The translations under genes and the position numbers were made by a program. 35,416 bases of DNA from an uncultured Lachnospiraceae bacterium (GTDB lineage: Bacteria; Bacillota; Clostridia; Lachnospirales; Lachnospiraceae). The notes beneath the pieces are model-generated. The model was not told where the DNA came from. It saw nothing but the letters and a program-made list of their open reading frames with translations, and did no database searches. Below are positions 1 to 10,000 of this stretch, in pieces. The stretch lies in NCBI GenBank assembly GCA_948964755.1, contig CAREEU010000007.1:1-35416 (forward strand), written 5' to 3'. Position 1 is the first letter of the stretch. Each line of letters starts with the position of its first letter.

Positions 1-202
1 CTTAATAGTATAGGTTGTTCAACTTTTTCTGTCCACAATTATATACTAACACCACATCTCGGCATGGCAAACCGGAAAGGTTTTTGAAAATTTCTCAAAA
101 AATTTATTGCCATTTCTTGACAATTTTCGACTATACAATGTAAAAAGGCCAATCCACACAAGGCAGATTGACCTTTCTGGCAAGATGGGCTTGCCCTGCA
201 AA

Positions 203-1105
203 TTAAAAAATTATATTTATAAAAATACCAACTGTAAAGGCAAAAAGCATAACAAAAATGAAATACATCAAAAACCTTTTCATACCTAATACAATCTTCA
301 AAGCGCCTAAATTTGTAATCTTTGTAGCCGGGCCTGTGATCATAAACGCCGCCGCACTCCCCATGCTCATCCCATCATAAAGCCACTGCTGCAAAAGCGG
401 GATTGTCCCACCTCCACAGGCATAAAGAGGCACACCTATGGTAGCCGCCATCAGAACGCCAAATGCCTCATTTCCGCCAAACACAGCCGTCAGAGCATCT
501 GCAGGCACATATCTTTGAAAAAGAGCGGAAAGAGCGATTCCTATCAAGAAATATAAGCCTGTCGCCCTGATATTCCGCACAAGATTTTTCAAAAACCGCA
601 GCAGCAAATTCGGATCTGTATCCCTACTCTTTGGTTCTTCAAATCCATCAAACCTGAAAAATGCTTTCTCCTTATAAAACAGGCGTACAACAAAACCGGC
701 CAGAATACCACAGAAGAAGCAAGTGACGATCCGTATTACAAGAGCCGTGCTTCCCAAAGCCGCACTATAAACGATAAGCTGCGGATTCAGTAAAATACTG
801 CTCACCATAAAGGCTGCCAGCCAGTCATCCTTGATCCCGCTTTTTGAAAAAGAAGCGGCAATCGGGATAGTGCCATACATACACAAAGGAGAGGCAATTC
901 CCAGCAAGCTGGCAATAACAACGCCAAATATGCCCAGCTTTTTTTCTCCAAGTCTGCGGAAAGTATTGTGGATATGGTCTTTCAAAAATACGGAAACCGC
1001 CGAGCCAAGCACCATGCCCAATACCCAGTACCCAAATATCTGCCGAAACTGAACATCAAAATAGTACCAAAGGTAAATAATCTCTCTATGTAGTATTTCC
1101 AGCAA
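203..1105 (-). CDS. Predicted multi-pass permease (UPF0718/DUF318, ArsP-like family)
   Basis: The 300-aa ORF is hydrophobic throughout with about 8 predicted TM segments. A G-rich loop (LYACGGGTIPLLQQW) is typical of the UPF0718 'predicted permease' family. It is the last gene of the minus-strand block, 44 bp after the upstream gene. Confidence 0.5.
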   Translation of the reverse strand: MLEILHREIIYLWYYFDVQFRQIFGYWVLGMVLGSAVSVFLKDHIHNTFRRLGEKKLGIFGVVIASLLGIASPLCMYGTIPIAASFSKSGIKDDWLAAFMVSSILLNPQLIVYSAALGSTALVIRIVTCFFCGILAGFVVRLFYKEKAFFRFDGFEEPKSRDTDPNLLLRFLKNLVRNIRATGLYFLIGIALSALFQRYVPADALTAVFGGNEAFGVLMAATIGVPLYACGGGTIPLLQQWLYDGMSMGSAAAFMITGPATKITNLGALKIVLGMKRFLMYFIFVMLFAFTVGIFINIIF

Positions 1106-1149
1106 TCCTCACCACCTCCATTTTAGGGATCAGAGCACGTCCACACTTT

Positions 1150-2265
1150 TCAATCATCCAGATCCACTAAACGATAGCTCCGGTTCCCAAGACCGATGGT
1201 TTCCGCGTTTTCAAGAGTGTGCAGTCCGTTTCTGCTTTCCACATGCTTAATAAACGGCCTGTTTCCCTCAGAGTTCCAGACCAGATCAATACAAGCCTGG
1301 TCCAGAGCCACCGGATCAACAGACGCTAAAATTCCAATATCGTGCATATCAGGCTCCTCAGGATTGCCGCTGCAGTCACAGTCAATGGAAAGTCTGTTCA
1401 TCACATTGATATAAACAATGCACTCCCCATTCCCAAGATAATCAGATACGGATTTCCCGGCATCCCCCATAGCTTCACAGAAAGCATCCTGTCTGCCTCC
1501 CCAAAAACTGATACGGCTTGTACCTCCGGTATGTATCCAGCACTTGCCTTCCGCAGAGCCAAGTCCGATAGAAATGTTTTTGATCGCTCCGCCAAACCCT
1601 GCCATTGAATGTCCCTTAAAGTGCGACAAGACAAGGTAGCTGTCATAATCCGCAAAGGCTGCTCCCACATAGTTTTCGGAAAGCACCGTTCCTCCTTCCA
1701 CCGGCAATGTCATAGAACCGTTTTCATCCTGGATCTGCACAGCGGCAATATCCGTAAATCCATGATCTTCCGCCACCTGATAGTGCATGGCCGTCTCCGA
1801 GCGGGAACCGCCGTAAGCCGTGTTGCACTCTACAATCGTGCCATCCACAAGCTGTACCAGATCCGCGATCAGCTCCGGGCGGAGATAGTTGGAGGCCGGC
1901 GGCTCCCCGGTGGAAAGTTTTACAGCCACCTTGCCCGTAGGAACCCATTCAAGCGCATGATAAATTTCCACCATAGCCTCCGGCGTAATATCGGAAAGAT
2001 AATAGACCACGGGTGCATCTTCACTTTCTACATAATATTCAAGAGAAGAAAGCCTAATCTCAGAGCCTCCATTTGTAACAATGACGGCGCTATCCTCCGA
2101 AACATCTGACGGACTGGTTCCCTCAATATGTATATCTTCCCCGGAGGCGTCTGTCTTTGACGGCGTTTCAGATGCTGCCTGCTGCCCACCTGTATTTGCA
2201 CAGCCAGCCACAACTGCTGTAAAAACAAGCAATAGCACTAATAATACAATTCGATTCCTTTTCAT
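1150..2265 (-). CDS. Secreted lipoprotein, DUF362-like domain protein
   Basis: The N-terminus (MKRNRIVLLVLLLVFTAVVAGC) is a lipoprotein signal peptide with a lipobox Cys. It is followed by a low-complexity Ser/Thr/Glu linker. The C-terminal region (LVLSHFKGHSMAGFGGAIKNISIG...CDCSGNPEEPD) resembles the DUF362 family. There is a 3-bp gap to the upstream SDR gene. Confidence 0.45.
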   Translation of the reverse strand: MKRNRIVLLVLLLVFTAVVAGCANTGGQQAASETPSKTDASGEDIHIEGTSPSDVSEDSAVIVTNGGSEIRLSSLEYYVESEDAPVVYYLSDITPEAMVEIYHALEWVPTGKVAVKLSTGEPPASNYLRPELIADLVQLVDGTIVECNTAYGGSRSETAMHYQVAEDHGFTDIAAVQIQDENGSMTLPVEGGTVLSENYVGAAFADYDSYLVLSHFKGHSMAGFGGAIKNISIGLGSAEGKCWIHTGGTSRISFWGGRQDAFCEAMGDAGKSVSDYLGNGECIVYINVMNRLSIDCDCSGNPEEPDMHDIGILASVDPVALDQACIDLVWNSEGNRPFIKHVESRNGLHTLENAETIGLGNRSYRLVDLDD

Positions 2266-2268
2266 TTA

Positions 2269-3075
2269 TTATTTCTCCTCTTTTTGCATCAACGCATTTC
2301 TTACATAGCGGCGGAATCCTTCCCCGCCCATTTCCTGACGTTTCGCGTAAAGCTCTTTCGCCCGCTTGCCCGTAACATAGCACATACGGTCTTTATCCCC
2401 ATCGGTTACAGCCGTATAGGCATCCTGTGCGGCTTCAGACGCATCTTCCACCTGCTCCATGTCCGGGATCAACAACTGAACCTGATTTTTTACCATTTCC
2501 TCATAGCCTTCATTGGGGATCTGCTCCATAACAAATCTGGTTTTGACCACACCCGGCACAAGCGTCTTAACCTGAATCCCAAAAGGTGCAAGTTCGCTGT
2601 AAAGCATTTCACACAGGCCGGTAACAGCCCACTTATCGGCGGCATAAACCCCGTCAAGTATCAGCCCCATTTCCCCTGCAAGTGAGGTGGTCGTTAAAAT
2701 GATGCCCGATCTTTTCGCTTTGAAATACGGAATAAATTTCTGCGTTACCCTCACCATACCGAGAAGATTTGTGTTTATGGATTTCCACATCATTTCTTCC
2801 GTCATATCCTCGAATCGGGCCTTCATCCCATAACCGGCGTTGTTAAACAGAACATCCACCTCATGATCTGCAAGAACAGCGGAAACGGTTTCCTCGATCT
2901 GTTCTGGTTTGGTAATATCCAATGGATACAGCTTCACATTTTCATAAGAAGTCAGCTCCTTTTCTTTCTCAGGCGTGCGCATTGTAGCGATCACTGTCCA
3001 GCCTTTTTCCGCAAACAGCTTTGCCGTTTCCTTTCCAATCCCTGACGATGAACCTGTGATAAAAATTGTACTCAT
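2269..3075 (-). CDS. Short-chain dehydrogenase/reductase (classical SDR)
   Basis: The TGSSSGIG Rossmann motif follows MSTIF and an NNAG motif is present. Start was re-placed at ATG 3075 (MSTIFITG) because AGGAGGA sits 8 nt upstream. The longer track ORF to 3159 has no RBS and would overlap the next gene. Confidence 0.8.
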   Translation of the reverse strand: MSTIFITGSSSGIGKETAKLFAEKGWTVIATMRTPEKEKELTSYENVKLYPLDITKPEQIEETVSAVLADHEVDVLFNNAGYGMKARFEDMTEEMMWKSINTNLLGMVRVTQKFIPYFKAKRSGIILTTTSLAGEMGLILDGVYAADKWAVTGLCEMLYSELAPFGIQVKTLVPGVVKTRFVMEQIPNEGYEEMVKNQVQLLIPDMEQVEDASEAAQDAYTAVTDGDKDRMCYVTGKRAKELYAKRQEMGGEGFRRYVRNALMQKEEK

Positions 3076-3103
3076 AAATAAAATCCTCCTATCAATTTTT
3101 ATA

Positions 3104-3937
3104 TTATTTTGCAGACAGGGGCGAGCCATAGAAATAGTTGGAAGTCGCACCACCGTCAATTAAAAACGTAGAACCGGTAATAAAAGTGCCTTTGTCACTC
3201 AATAAAAGCTCTGCGACATTTGCTACTTCATCTGCCGTTCCCGGACGACCGGCAGGAGAGTTTGCAAACATATTCTTATAAAAATCTCCGTGCGGGCCAT
3301 TAAATTCATCCAATGCCAGCGGCGTTACAATAATTCCGGGCACAATCGCATTGATACGGGCGTTCCGTTTTCCCCATTTAACAGCCTCTGCCATCACGCA
3401 CTTTTCATTACAGCGTTTCGCCATCTGGTAAGCATGAAGCGTATCACGGATATTTTCCGGCTGCAATATTTCCAATGAAAGCAGTTCCTCTGGCGGCGTG
3501 CAGGCAAGCTGCTCATCCGCCCCCGGAGACAGTTGTTCCATACGGTGTCCGGACTGGCTGGAAATTGTAACACCCACGCCTCCGGGAGCAATGATTTTTC
3601 CCACTTCTTCTAAAAGCACTGCCGTACCATACAGGTCAGCTTTCAAAATCTCCTCAACAGGAGCCTGACTTGGCGAAACACCGGCAGCATTCACCAGCAT
3701 AGTGATACGGCCAGCCTTCTTTGCCTCTGCAATCAAATTCAGGATGGAATCTCTGGAAGATAAGTCCATCTCCATCGGCAGCACATCAAAACCGGCTTCA
3801 TTCATAATCTTAGCGACAGCCTGCGCATTTTCCGTCTTCTTGTCTCCAAGTATAATTTTCTTTCCATAACCCATCCGCCGGGCAATCGCCATGCCAATCT
3901 GCCCTGCGCCGGTTAAAATCATGACTTCCTTTTCCAT
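3104..3937 (-). CDS. Short-chain dehydrogenase/reductase (SDR family oxidoreductase)
   Basis: The protein has a TGAGQIG dinucleotide-binding motif, an NAAG motif and a YxxxK catalytic motif (YQMAK). GGGAGA lies upstream of the ATG. Confidence 0.8.
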   Translation of the reverse strand: MEKEVMILTGAGQIGMAIARRMGYGKKIILGDKKTENAQAVAKIMNEAGFDVLPMEMDLSSRDSILNLIAEAKKAGRITMLVNAAGVSPSQAPVEEILKADLYGTAVLLEEVGKIIAPGGVGVTISSQSGHRMEQLSPGADEQLACTPPEELLSLEILQPENIRDTLHAYQMAKRCNEKCVMAEAVKWGKRNARINAIVPGIIVTPLALDEFNGPHGDFYKNMFANSPAGRPGTADEVANVAELLLSDKGTFITGSTFLIDGGATSNYFYGSPLSAK

Positions 3938-3966
3938 CTGTTTTTTCTCCCATTTATTTGGAATTT

Positions 3967-4680
3967 TTATAATCCAAGCCCTTCAACCCAAGAGCGGACT
4001 GTTTCCTCAGAAGCTCCTGACCGGAACCGTTCACCTTCCAGCCATTCTCCTGTCCCGGCCATTTCTTCCAGCAAAGCACCACTTTCTCCCAGATCAGAGC
4101 TTGAAGAAGTACAGAAAGGAATCACCGTCTTTCCGGAGAAGTCATTCGCTTTTATAAAACCATCCACAGGCCATGCCGCAGCTCTCCACCAGATCGGAAA
4201 GCCGATAAAAACTGTGTCGTACTCATTCCAATTATCCACCGTATCTGATACAAGCGGGACATTCCTTTCATCCTCATTATCATGCTCTCTGGAAACGCGG
4301 CTGTCCTTATCCGTCCAGTCAAGGTCTGCGTCTGAATAAATTTCTGCCGGTACAATCTCAAACAAATCTCCGCCCGTCACAGAAGCAATATGATTTGCAA
4401 CTTCCTCCGTATTCCCGGAAGCTGAATAATAAACAATCAGTGTTTTTCCACCCATACTTTCCACGCCAGTATCATTCGTATTATTTTCATTCTCTGCCAG
4501 GCTGTCGGAAGGTGTTTCGGAAGTCTGCAAATCTGCTTCCGGTTCTGGCAGAGTTTCGCCTGCCAATTCCGAAGAAGGCTCCGAAGCAGAGCCTCCTGCC
4601 TGCTGGTTATCGCCACAGGCCGCAAGGCTGGATACAAGTAATATGCTCAATAAAACAGTAATTACTTTTCTCATATTCAT
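3967..4680 (-). CDS. Lipoprotein-anchored flavodoxin-like protein (extracytoplasmic flavodoxin domain)
   Basis: Signal peptide with lipobox (LLVSSLAAC) followed by an Asp/Glu/Ser-rich linker. The flavodoxin fold signatures are TLIVYYSASGNTEEVA and FIGFPIWW. Confidence 0.7.
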   Translation of the reverse strand: MNMRKVITVLLSILLVSSLAACGDNQQAGGSASEPSSELAGETLPEPEADLQTSETPSDSLAENENNTNDTGVESMGGKTLIVYYSASGNTEEVANHIASVTGGDLFEIVPAEIYSDADLDWTDKDSRVSREHDNEDERNVPLVSDTVDNWNEYDTVFIGFPIWWRAAAWPVDGFIKANDFSGKTVIPFCTSSSSDLGESGALLEEMAGTGEWLEGERFRSGASEETVRSWVEGLGL

Positions 4681-4691
4681 TTTCTCCTAAA

Positions 4692-5864
4692 TCAAAAACA
4701 TTCTTTGAAAATCCCAAGTATTTCTTCATGGGTCAGCTTCTTATAGCTGCCTGGGGTGATAGCACAGGAATCCGCAATCGCTTTCAAATCGGTACTTTCG
4801 TCCACACCCAATTCACGCAAAGTCACAGGCAAGCCAATCTCCAAAATAAAATCTTCCAGCGCATTGATACCGGCACGGGCAGCTTCCTCATCCGTCTTTC
4901 CTTCCGCAGAAATTCCCCATACATTCTCGGCAAACCGCTTAAACTTTGCCAGTCCATCCTTGAAAATATGGCGGTAATAGACCGAGTGCAGTACCGCCAG
5001 CCCTGCACCATGATTGCAGTCTGTATAAGCTCCGAGCTGGTGTTCCATCTGGTGACACTGAAAATCCGTCCGCTTTCCCAGCTTGATGATCCGGTTTTCC
5101 GCCATTGTCGCATCCCACATAAGGTTACTTCTGGCCGTATAGTCTTCCGGGTTTTTGATAGCAGCCCGCAGGTTACGAATCACATTCCGCATAAGCGCTT
5201 CGGCAATGTCATCGGAAACATTATCCTCATCCGGCTCGCTGAAATAAATTTCCATGATATGCGAAAGGATGTCAAAGCTGCCGGATGCCATCTGGAATTT
5301 AGGGACGCTGTAAGTATAAGCCGGGTCAAGCAGGGCAAATCCCGGATTGCATTTCGGATAATCACGCCCCGTTTTTATTTTCAGTTCTTCGTTGGTAATG
5401 ACGGCTCCGCCGTTGCACTCGCTCCCGGTTCCCGCCACCGTGACAACCACGCCGAGAGCCAGCGGTTCAAAATCAAAGATACCGGGACGTGCGAAGAAAT
5501 CCGCCCACACATCTCCCTGATACCGGGCGGCGATGGATACCGCCTTACAGCAGTCCATAACAGAACCGCCGCCGACACCGAGGATCAGTCCCACATTGTT
5601 TTCTTTTGCCAGCTTTGCGCCTTCCAGCACCTTCGCATAAGTGGGATTTGCCATAATGCCCGGAAACTCAACGATATTCTTTCCCGCCGCTTTCAGGACT
5701 GCCATTACCTCGTCATAAATGCCGTTCCGTTTGATAGAGCCGCCGCCATATGCCAGCATGACCGTATCGCCATACTCTTTTATCAGGCAGCTCAGGTATT
5801 CCTTTACACACCCTTTCCCGAAAAACACCTTTGTAGCATTTTCAAAAATAAAATCTTTCATCAA
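4692..5864 (-). CDS. Iron-containing (group III) alcohol dehydrogenase, butanol-dehydrogenase-like
   Basis: The 390-aa protein has the GGGSVMDCCKAVS motif and conserved His residues typical of Fe-ADH. GAGGAAGG RBS is upstream. Confidence 0.85.
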   Translation of the reverse strand: MMKDFIFENATKVFFGKGCVKEYLSCLIKEYGDTVMLAYGGGSIKRNGIYDEVMAVLKAAGKNIVEFPGIMANPTYAKVLEGAKLAKENNVGLILGVGGGSVMDCCKAVSIAARYQGDVWADFFARPGIFDFEPLALGVVVTVAGTGSECNGGAVITNEELKIKTGRDYPKCNPGFALLDPAYTYSVPKFQMASGSFDILSHIMEIYFSEPDEDNVSDDIAEALMRNVIRNLRAAIKNPEDYTARSNLMWDATMAENRIIKLGKRTDFQCHQMEHQLGAYTDCNHGAGLAVLHSVYYRHIFKDGLAKFKRFAENVWGISAEGKTDEEAARAGINALEDFILEIGLPVTLRELGVDESTDLKAIADSCAITPGSYKKLTHEEILGIFKECF

Positions 5865-5876
5865 TACACCTTCCTC

Positions 5877-6992
5877 TTATGGCTGTTTTTCAAATTCCTT
5901 TGCCACATCCACAAGCAATTCCCGGATATGCAGATGCTGCGGACAGGCTTTCTCACATTTTCCACATTTCATACATTCCGAAGCCTTCCCTTTCCCGCCG
6001 CCGGTATGTACTGCGTTATAATAATAATCAGCGTTCCAGTCGTGATAAATCTGTTTGCTGTTCATGACAGCAAACAGGTCAGGAATGGAAATCTTTTTCG
6101 GACACCCCTCCACGCAATAGCGGCAAGCCGTACAGGGAATCAGATTCATGGAGCTGAAAATCTCCTGCACCCGGCCTACTGCAGCCAGTTCCTTATCCGA
6201 TAAAGGCTGAAAGTCTTTCATGTAACTGATATTGTCCTGCATCTGCTCCATATCGCTCATACCGGAGAGAACCATCATGATCCCCTCAAAGCCAGCGGCA
6301 AACCGGATCGCATAGCTGGCAAAGCTTCCCCCGTGCAATTCCTCCAGGACAGCCTTCGCATTCTCCGGCAAATTGACAAGGTTTCCTCCCTTGACCGGCT
6401 CCATGACGATCACCGGCTTGCCAAATTTCCGGCAGACCTCATAGCATTTGCGGCTCTCTACCGCCGGATCATCGTAATCCACATAATTAAACTGTATCTG
6501 TACCACTTCGATCTGCGGATATTCCGTCAGTATCTGTTCCAGAACCTCCGCCCTGTCATGGAATGAAATCCCAAAATGCCGGAATTTTCCTTCCTCCATC
6601 AGTTCCAGCGCAGTCTCATAAGCACGGCGCTTTTTGAAATAGGCAAAGTTATCCGCCCCCTGTGCGTGCATAAGATAAATATCAAAATAGTCCACTCCGC
6701 ATAGCTTTAGCTGGCTCTCAAAGAACGGGCGTATATCCTCCTGCTCCTTAAAGTAAAAATTGGTCAGCTTATTTGTCAGAATATACCGGTCACGGGGATA
6801 ACGGCTGGTAAGACAAGACTTTAATGCCGCCTCACTTTTCCCTTCAAGATAGCCGTGTGCAGTATCAAAATAATTGAACCCGTTTTCCAGAAAGGTATCC
6901 ACCATCCGGGAAAACTCCACCGTATCGACCTCCCCGCCCTTCATTGGGAGACGCATACATCCAAAACCAAAACTCTTTTTAATCTGTTCCAT
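5877..6992 (-). CDS. Aldo/keto reductase with C-terminal 4Fe-4S ferredoxin-type domain
   Basis: The N-terminal AKR TIM-barrel carries a conserved catalytic tetrad context (DTAHGY...K...H). The C-terminus has two Cys clusters, CTACRYCVEGCP and CMKCGKCEKACP. Confidence 0.8.
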   Translation of the reverse strand: MEQIKKSFGFGCMRLPMKGGEVDTVEFSRMVDTFLENGFNYFDTAHGYLEGKSEAALKSCLTSRYPRDRYILTNKLTNFYFKEQEDIRPFFESQLKLCGVDYFDIYLMHAQGADNFAYFKKRRAYETALELMEEGKFRHFGISFHDRAEVLEQILTEYPQIEVVQIQFNYVDYDDPAVESRKCYEVCRKFGKPVIVMEPVKGGNLVNLPENAKAVLEELHGGSFASYAIRFAAGFEGIMMVLSGMSDMEQMQDNISYMKDFQPLSDKELAAVGRVQEIFSSMNLIPCTACRYCVEGCPKKISIPDLFAVMNSKQIYHDWNADYYYNAVHTGGGKGKASECMKCGKCEKACPQHLHIRELLVDVAKEFEKQP

Positions 6993-8370
6993 AATCTACT
7001 TCTCCTTTTCTAAAAGTTTTTTCCCAAAATAAGCCTAAAAGCATACACGAAACCAAAGTCGAAAATGTATCCGCAACCGGCCCGGCCCATAAAATACCTT
7101 CAATCCCGAAGCAATCTCCAAGAAAAAGCATTGCCGGGATCATAAATACGATCTGCCGTGACATGGAGCAGGCTGCCGATAAAAACGGCCTGCCGATGGA
7201 CTGAAAAAATATCCCGGCGACAGAGGGCACAGGCTGGAGAAAACACGCCAGCAGGAAAATCCGGAATGACAGCACGGCAAATTCCATATATAACTCTGAT
7301 TCCTGGCCAAAAAGCCTGATAATGTTTTCCGGGAATATCTGGAATACCACCAATGCAATGCACATAATGAATATGCTTACTGCCATCGTTATACGAAATG
7401 TTTTTTTCACCCGGTCAAATTGACCGCTCCCATAATTATACCCAAGCAGCGGCTGGACACTGGTAGCAATTCCAAGAGCAACTCCAAACGCCAACTGACA
7501 GACTTTCATTGTAATGCCAAAGGTGGCCAGCGGTATATCCGAACCATACCTTGACTGTCTGCCATAGTTTACCAGCAGGTTATTCATAACGCCAATGACG
7601 AAAACCGCAGCTATCTGTGTGATAAAACTGGAAAAACCAAGCGTTATGATCTTACGGCTGATCCGTATATCTGGACACAGGAACTTTATTTTCAGTTTAA
7701 ATGTCTGAAACCGAAAAATGCAAAACACAAAGTATACCGTATTCAGGAACTGCCCGATGATCGTAGCCCAGGCCGCCCCCTGAACACCCCAATGGAATAC
7801 AAAAATAAATAAAGGATCAAGGATCATATTTGTAACACAGCCAATCAGCAGACCGACCATCGTCTCATTTGGCCTGCCATCCGCACGGATCATGCTGGCA
7901 AAAGAAATATTCACCGCAAAAAACGGGAAGCCAAGAACAATTATTTTCCCGTAATCCAGCGCATAAGGCATAATAGATTCCGTTGCCCCAAACAGGGAAG
8001 AAAGGGGACGGAGAAACACTTCAAAAAATATAAGAGATATAATCCCGGCAAATATCGTAAGTGAAATCATATTCCCTACGCTCCGGGCTGCCGCTTCCCT
8101 GTTTCCCTGCCCCAAATTCAAGCTCATAAACGCTGCAGCACCGTCTCCGATCAAAAGCCCGATAGCTAACATGATCGTTGTCAGCGGCATAATAACGTTT
8201 GTTGCCGCATTCCCAAGATACCCCACTCCCTGGCCGATAAAAATCTGATCAACCATGTTATAAAGAGAATTTACAACAAAAGAAATGATGCTGGGAATCG
8301 CATAACGAATCATCAGTTTTTCAATTTTTTCCGTCCCAAGCGGGTTCGTTATAGATGCTTCCTCAGACAT
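6979..8370 (-). CDS. MATE family multidrug efflux transporter
   Basis: 12-TM MATE architecture with the N-terminal motif LMIRYAIPSIISFVVNSLYNMVDQIFIGQ. Start is placed at ATG 8370 (MSEEAS), which has an AGGAAG RBS. The longer ORF to 8403 has none. The gene overlaps the downstream AKR gene by 14 bp. Confidence 0.75.
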   Translation of the reverse strand: MSEEASITNPLGTEKIEKLMIRYAIPSIISFVVNSLYNMVDQIFIGQGVGYLGNAATNVIMPLTTIMLAIGLLIGDGAAAFMSLNLGQGNREAAARSVGNMISLTIFAGIISLIFFEVFLRPLSSLFGATESIMPYALDYGKIIVLGFPFFAVNISFASMIRADGRPNETMVGLLIGCVTNMILDPLFIFVFHWGVQGAAWATIIGQFLNTVYFVFCIFRFQTFKLKIKFLCPDIRISRKIITLGFSSFITQIAAVFVIGVMNNLLVNYGRQSRYGSDIPLATFGITMKVCQLAFGVALGIATSVQPLLGYNYGSGQFDRVKKTFRITMAVSIFIMCIALVVFQIFPENIIRLFGQESELYMEFAVLSFRIFLLACFLQPVPSVAGIFFQSIGRPFLSAACSMSRQIVFMIPAMLFLGDCFGIEGILWAGPVADTFSTLVSCMLLGLFWEKTFRKGEVDYGTD

Positions 8371-8535
8371 TAAGCATTTTCTTCCTTTCTTTTCAAAACG
8401 CATTAAACTTTGGACATCTTACAAAAACTTCTTTCGTTTCATTTAATCCGTTTTTCATATCGTACTGTTTACGGACTATTTACTTATAATAAATCTGCAT
8501 AATGCACCGGAATCTGATTACTGACCTTCTCAATC

Positions 8536-8976
8536 TCAATGACTAAAAATTTTTTCACGAAAAATTTTGCCATATAGCCGGATGCTTTCGATCAGAATCG
8601 TGCGTTGCTCTTTAGAAAGAGCCTGCATAGCCTCATACTCGGCCTCTTTTATGTGCGGTGAAAAAGTATCCATATATTCCTGTCCTTTTTCTGTCAAATG
8701 GATTATTTTTGTTCTGCGATCTTCTGGTATTTCCCGCAATTCAATAAAGCCTTTTTTGTAAAATCCAGTAATAATTGTATTAACTGTTTGTTTAGGTAAA
8801 AAAGACATTTCACAAATGCTTTTTTGAGTACAGTTAGGAGTATGCGTTATATATCTCAAAATCTGGAGGCTGGTATAGGAAATCCCAATAGAACGCGCAA
8901 AGTCACTATACGTCATGGTAATGCTTTGCCATTCGTTTGAAAATTGCTCAACATCATTTTCAATTTCTTTCATCAT
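8536..8976 (-). CDS. MarR family transcriptional regulator
   Basis: The 146-aa protein has a winged HTH (SICEMSFLPKQTVNTIITGFYKKGFIEL...DRR). It is the first gene of the minus-strand MATE/oxidoreductase block, a classic MarR-efflux arrangement. Confidence 0.85.
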   Translation of the reverse strand: MMKEIENDVEQFSNEWQSITMTYSDFARSIGISYTSLQILRYITHTPNCTQKSICEMSFLPKQTVNTIITGFYKKGFIELREIPEDRRTKIIHLTEKGQEYMDTFSPHIKEAEYEAMQALSKEQRTILIESIRLYGKIFREKIFSH

Positions 8977-9241
8977 AAGAATTTATCCTTTCTTCATACA
9001 GTCCGAAATCAAGACTATATTATCACGTTCGCCATATCATGTCAAGTCTAAGGATATTACATATTTGTAAATTTTTATGCTGCTCCCGACCTGTCGCGCT
9101 AATTTTCTTAATGTTTGCAACAGTAAAAACAACAATTTCTTCAGAAAAAGCCTTGTCTTTCCACCGAAAATGTGTAAGCTGTCACTCACAAGGCAAGCAG
9201 CCAGTACAAAAACACAAACAAAACGAAAGGTGGAAAACATT

Positions 9242-9604
9242 ATGAAGACAGGAAAAATCACAGCAAAATTGAGGGACGCAGTTCCGGTATGCCTTATGGT
9301 AGAGGGACAGGAAGTAAAACGGTACAAGAACATTGGCCTGCCGGATATGCTCAAAGAAGTAGAAATGCTGGACTTCCATTTCAACGTACCGGAGGACGGC
9401 AAAATCACTTTTGAAATCAGCTATGCGCAGGGCGTACTGCCGGAGGTATTCCCGGAGCCGAGAACAAAAATGACACGGGCCAAGAAGGTCGTGGCCAAAG
9501 CGGCAGCGAAAGCCGCAGCAGAGCAGGAAGCCACGGCAGAAGAAAACGCTCCGGCGGCCATGCCGAAAGTATCATTTGAAGCAACAGAATTAAAGACGCA
9601 TTAA
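9242..9604 (+). CDS. Hypothetical protein with Ala/Lys-rich C-terminal tail
   Basis: ATG at 9242 is preceded by AAGGTGGA. The longer track ORF starting at 9077 has no RBS. The C-terminus (AKKVVAKAAAKAAAEQEATAEE) is low-complexity. No family was recognised. Confidence 0.45.
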   Translation: MKTGKITAKLRDAVPVCLMVEGQEVKRYKNIGLPDMLKEVEMLDFHFNVPEDGKITFEISYAQGVLPEVFPEPRTKMTRAKKVVAKAAAKAAAEQEATAEENAPAAMPKVSFEATELKTH

Positions 9605-9846
9605 AGATTTGGATACCAACGCAATAAATCTTCCCTCCCTTCCCCTTTCAATCTTTCTACAGCATATTTCAGCCACTCATCCGGTGTCGGAATTTCCCCG
9701 ATACATGGGATTTTTCTCCATTGCATCCGTTTCTCCGGGTCGGGGTCATTCCAGCCCCGCTCTATCCGTGCCGAAATAATCGCCCTCATTTCTTCAACTG
9801 TAATCCCACGTTCACGGGCAAAACGCTCAAAAATATGTTCTTCCAT
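9601..9846 (-). CDS. Small stand-alone Spo0A C-terminal (DNA-binding)-like domain protein
   Basis: ATG at 9846 (MEEHIF) has GAGGAGG 9 nt upstream. The sequence (EMRAIISARIERGWNDP...IPTPDEWLKYAVERL) parallels Spo0A_C (ERAIRHAIEVAW...KPTNSEFIAMIADKL). Confidence 0.4.
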   Translation of the reverse strand: MEEHIFERFARERGITVEEMRAIISARIERGWNDPDPEKRMQWRKIPCIGEIPTPDEWLKYAVERLKGEGREDLLRWYPNL

Positions 9847-10000
9847 AACTTTCTGCCTCCTCAGATATGAATATCTTCCCCAAATGGCTACCAAACTATA
9901 ATTCGGTATGTCCTTTTTGGGGGATTTCCTATCTACCAATCGTGACTATTATAGCACCCTTTTGGGAATTATAATAGTTACAGATTGGCAGGTGATAGAA

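Noticed and set aside
61-130. TTGACA motif near position 110 as a plus-strand promoter
   Set aside because: - The best -10 candidates are only 9-11 bp away.
- There is no downstream plus-strand gene.
1609-2109. 166-aa plus-strand ORF
   Set aside because: It is antisense to the DUF362-like lipoprotein gene and its translation is Arg/His-rich.
4728-6203. 491-aa plus-strand ORF
   Set aside because: - It is antisense to the well-supported Fe-ADH and AKR genes.
- The His/Arg/Phe-rich, low-complexity translation is typical of an antisense frame in GC-balanced coding DNA.
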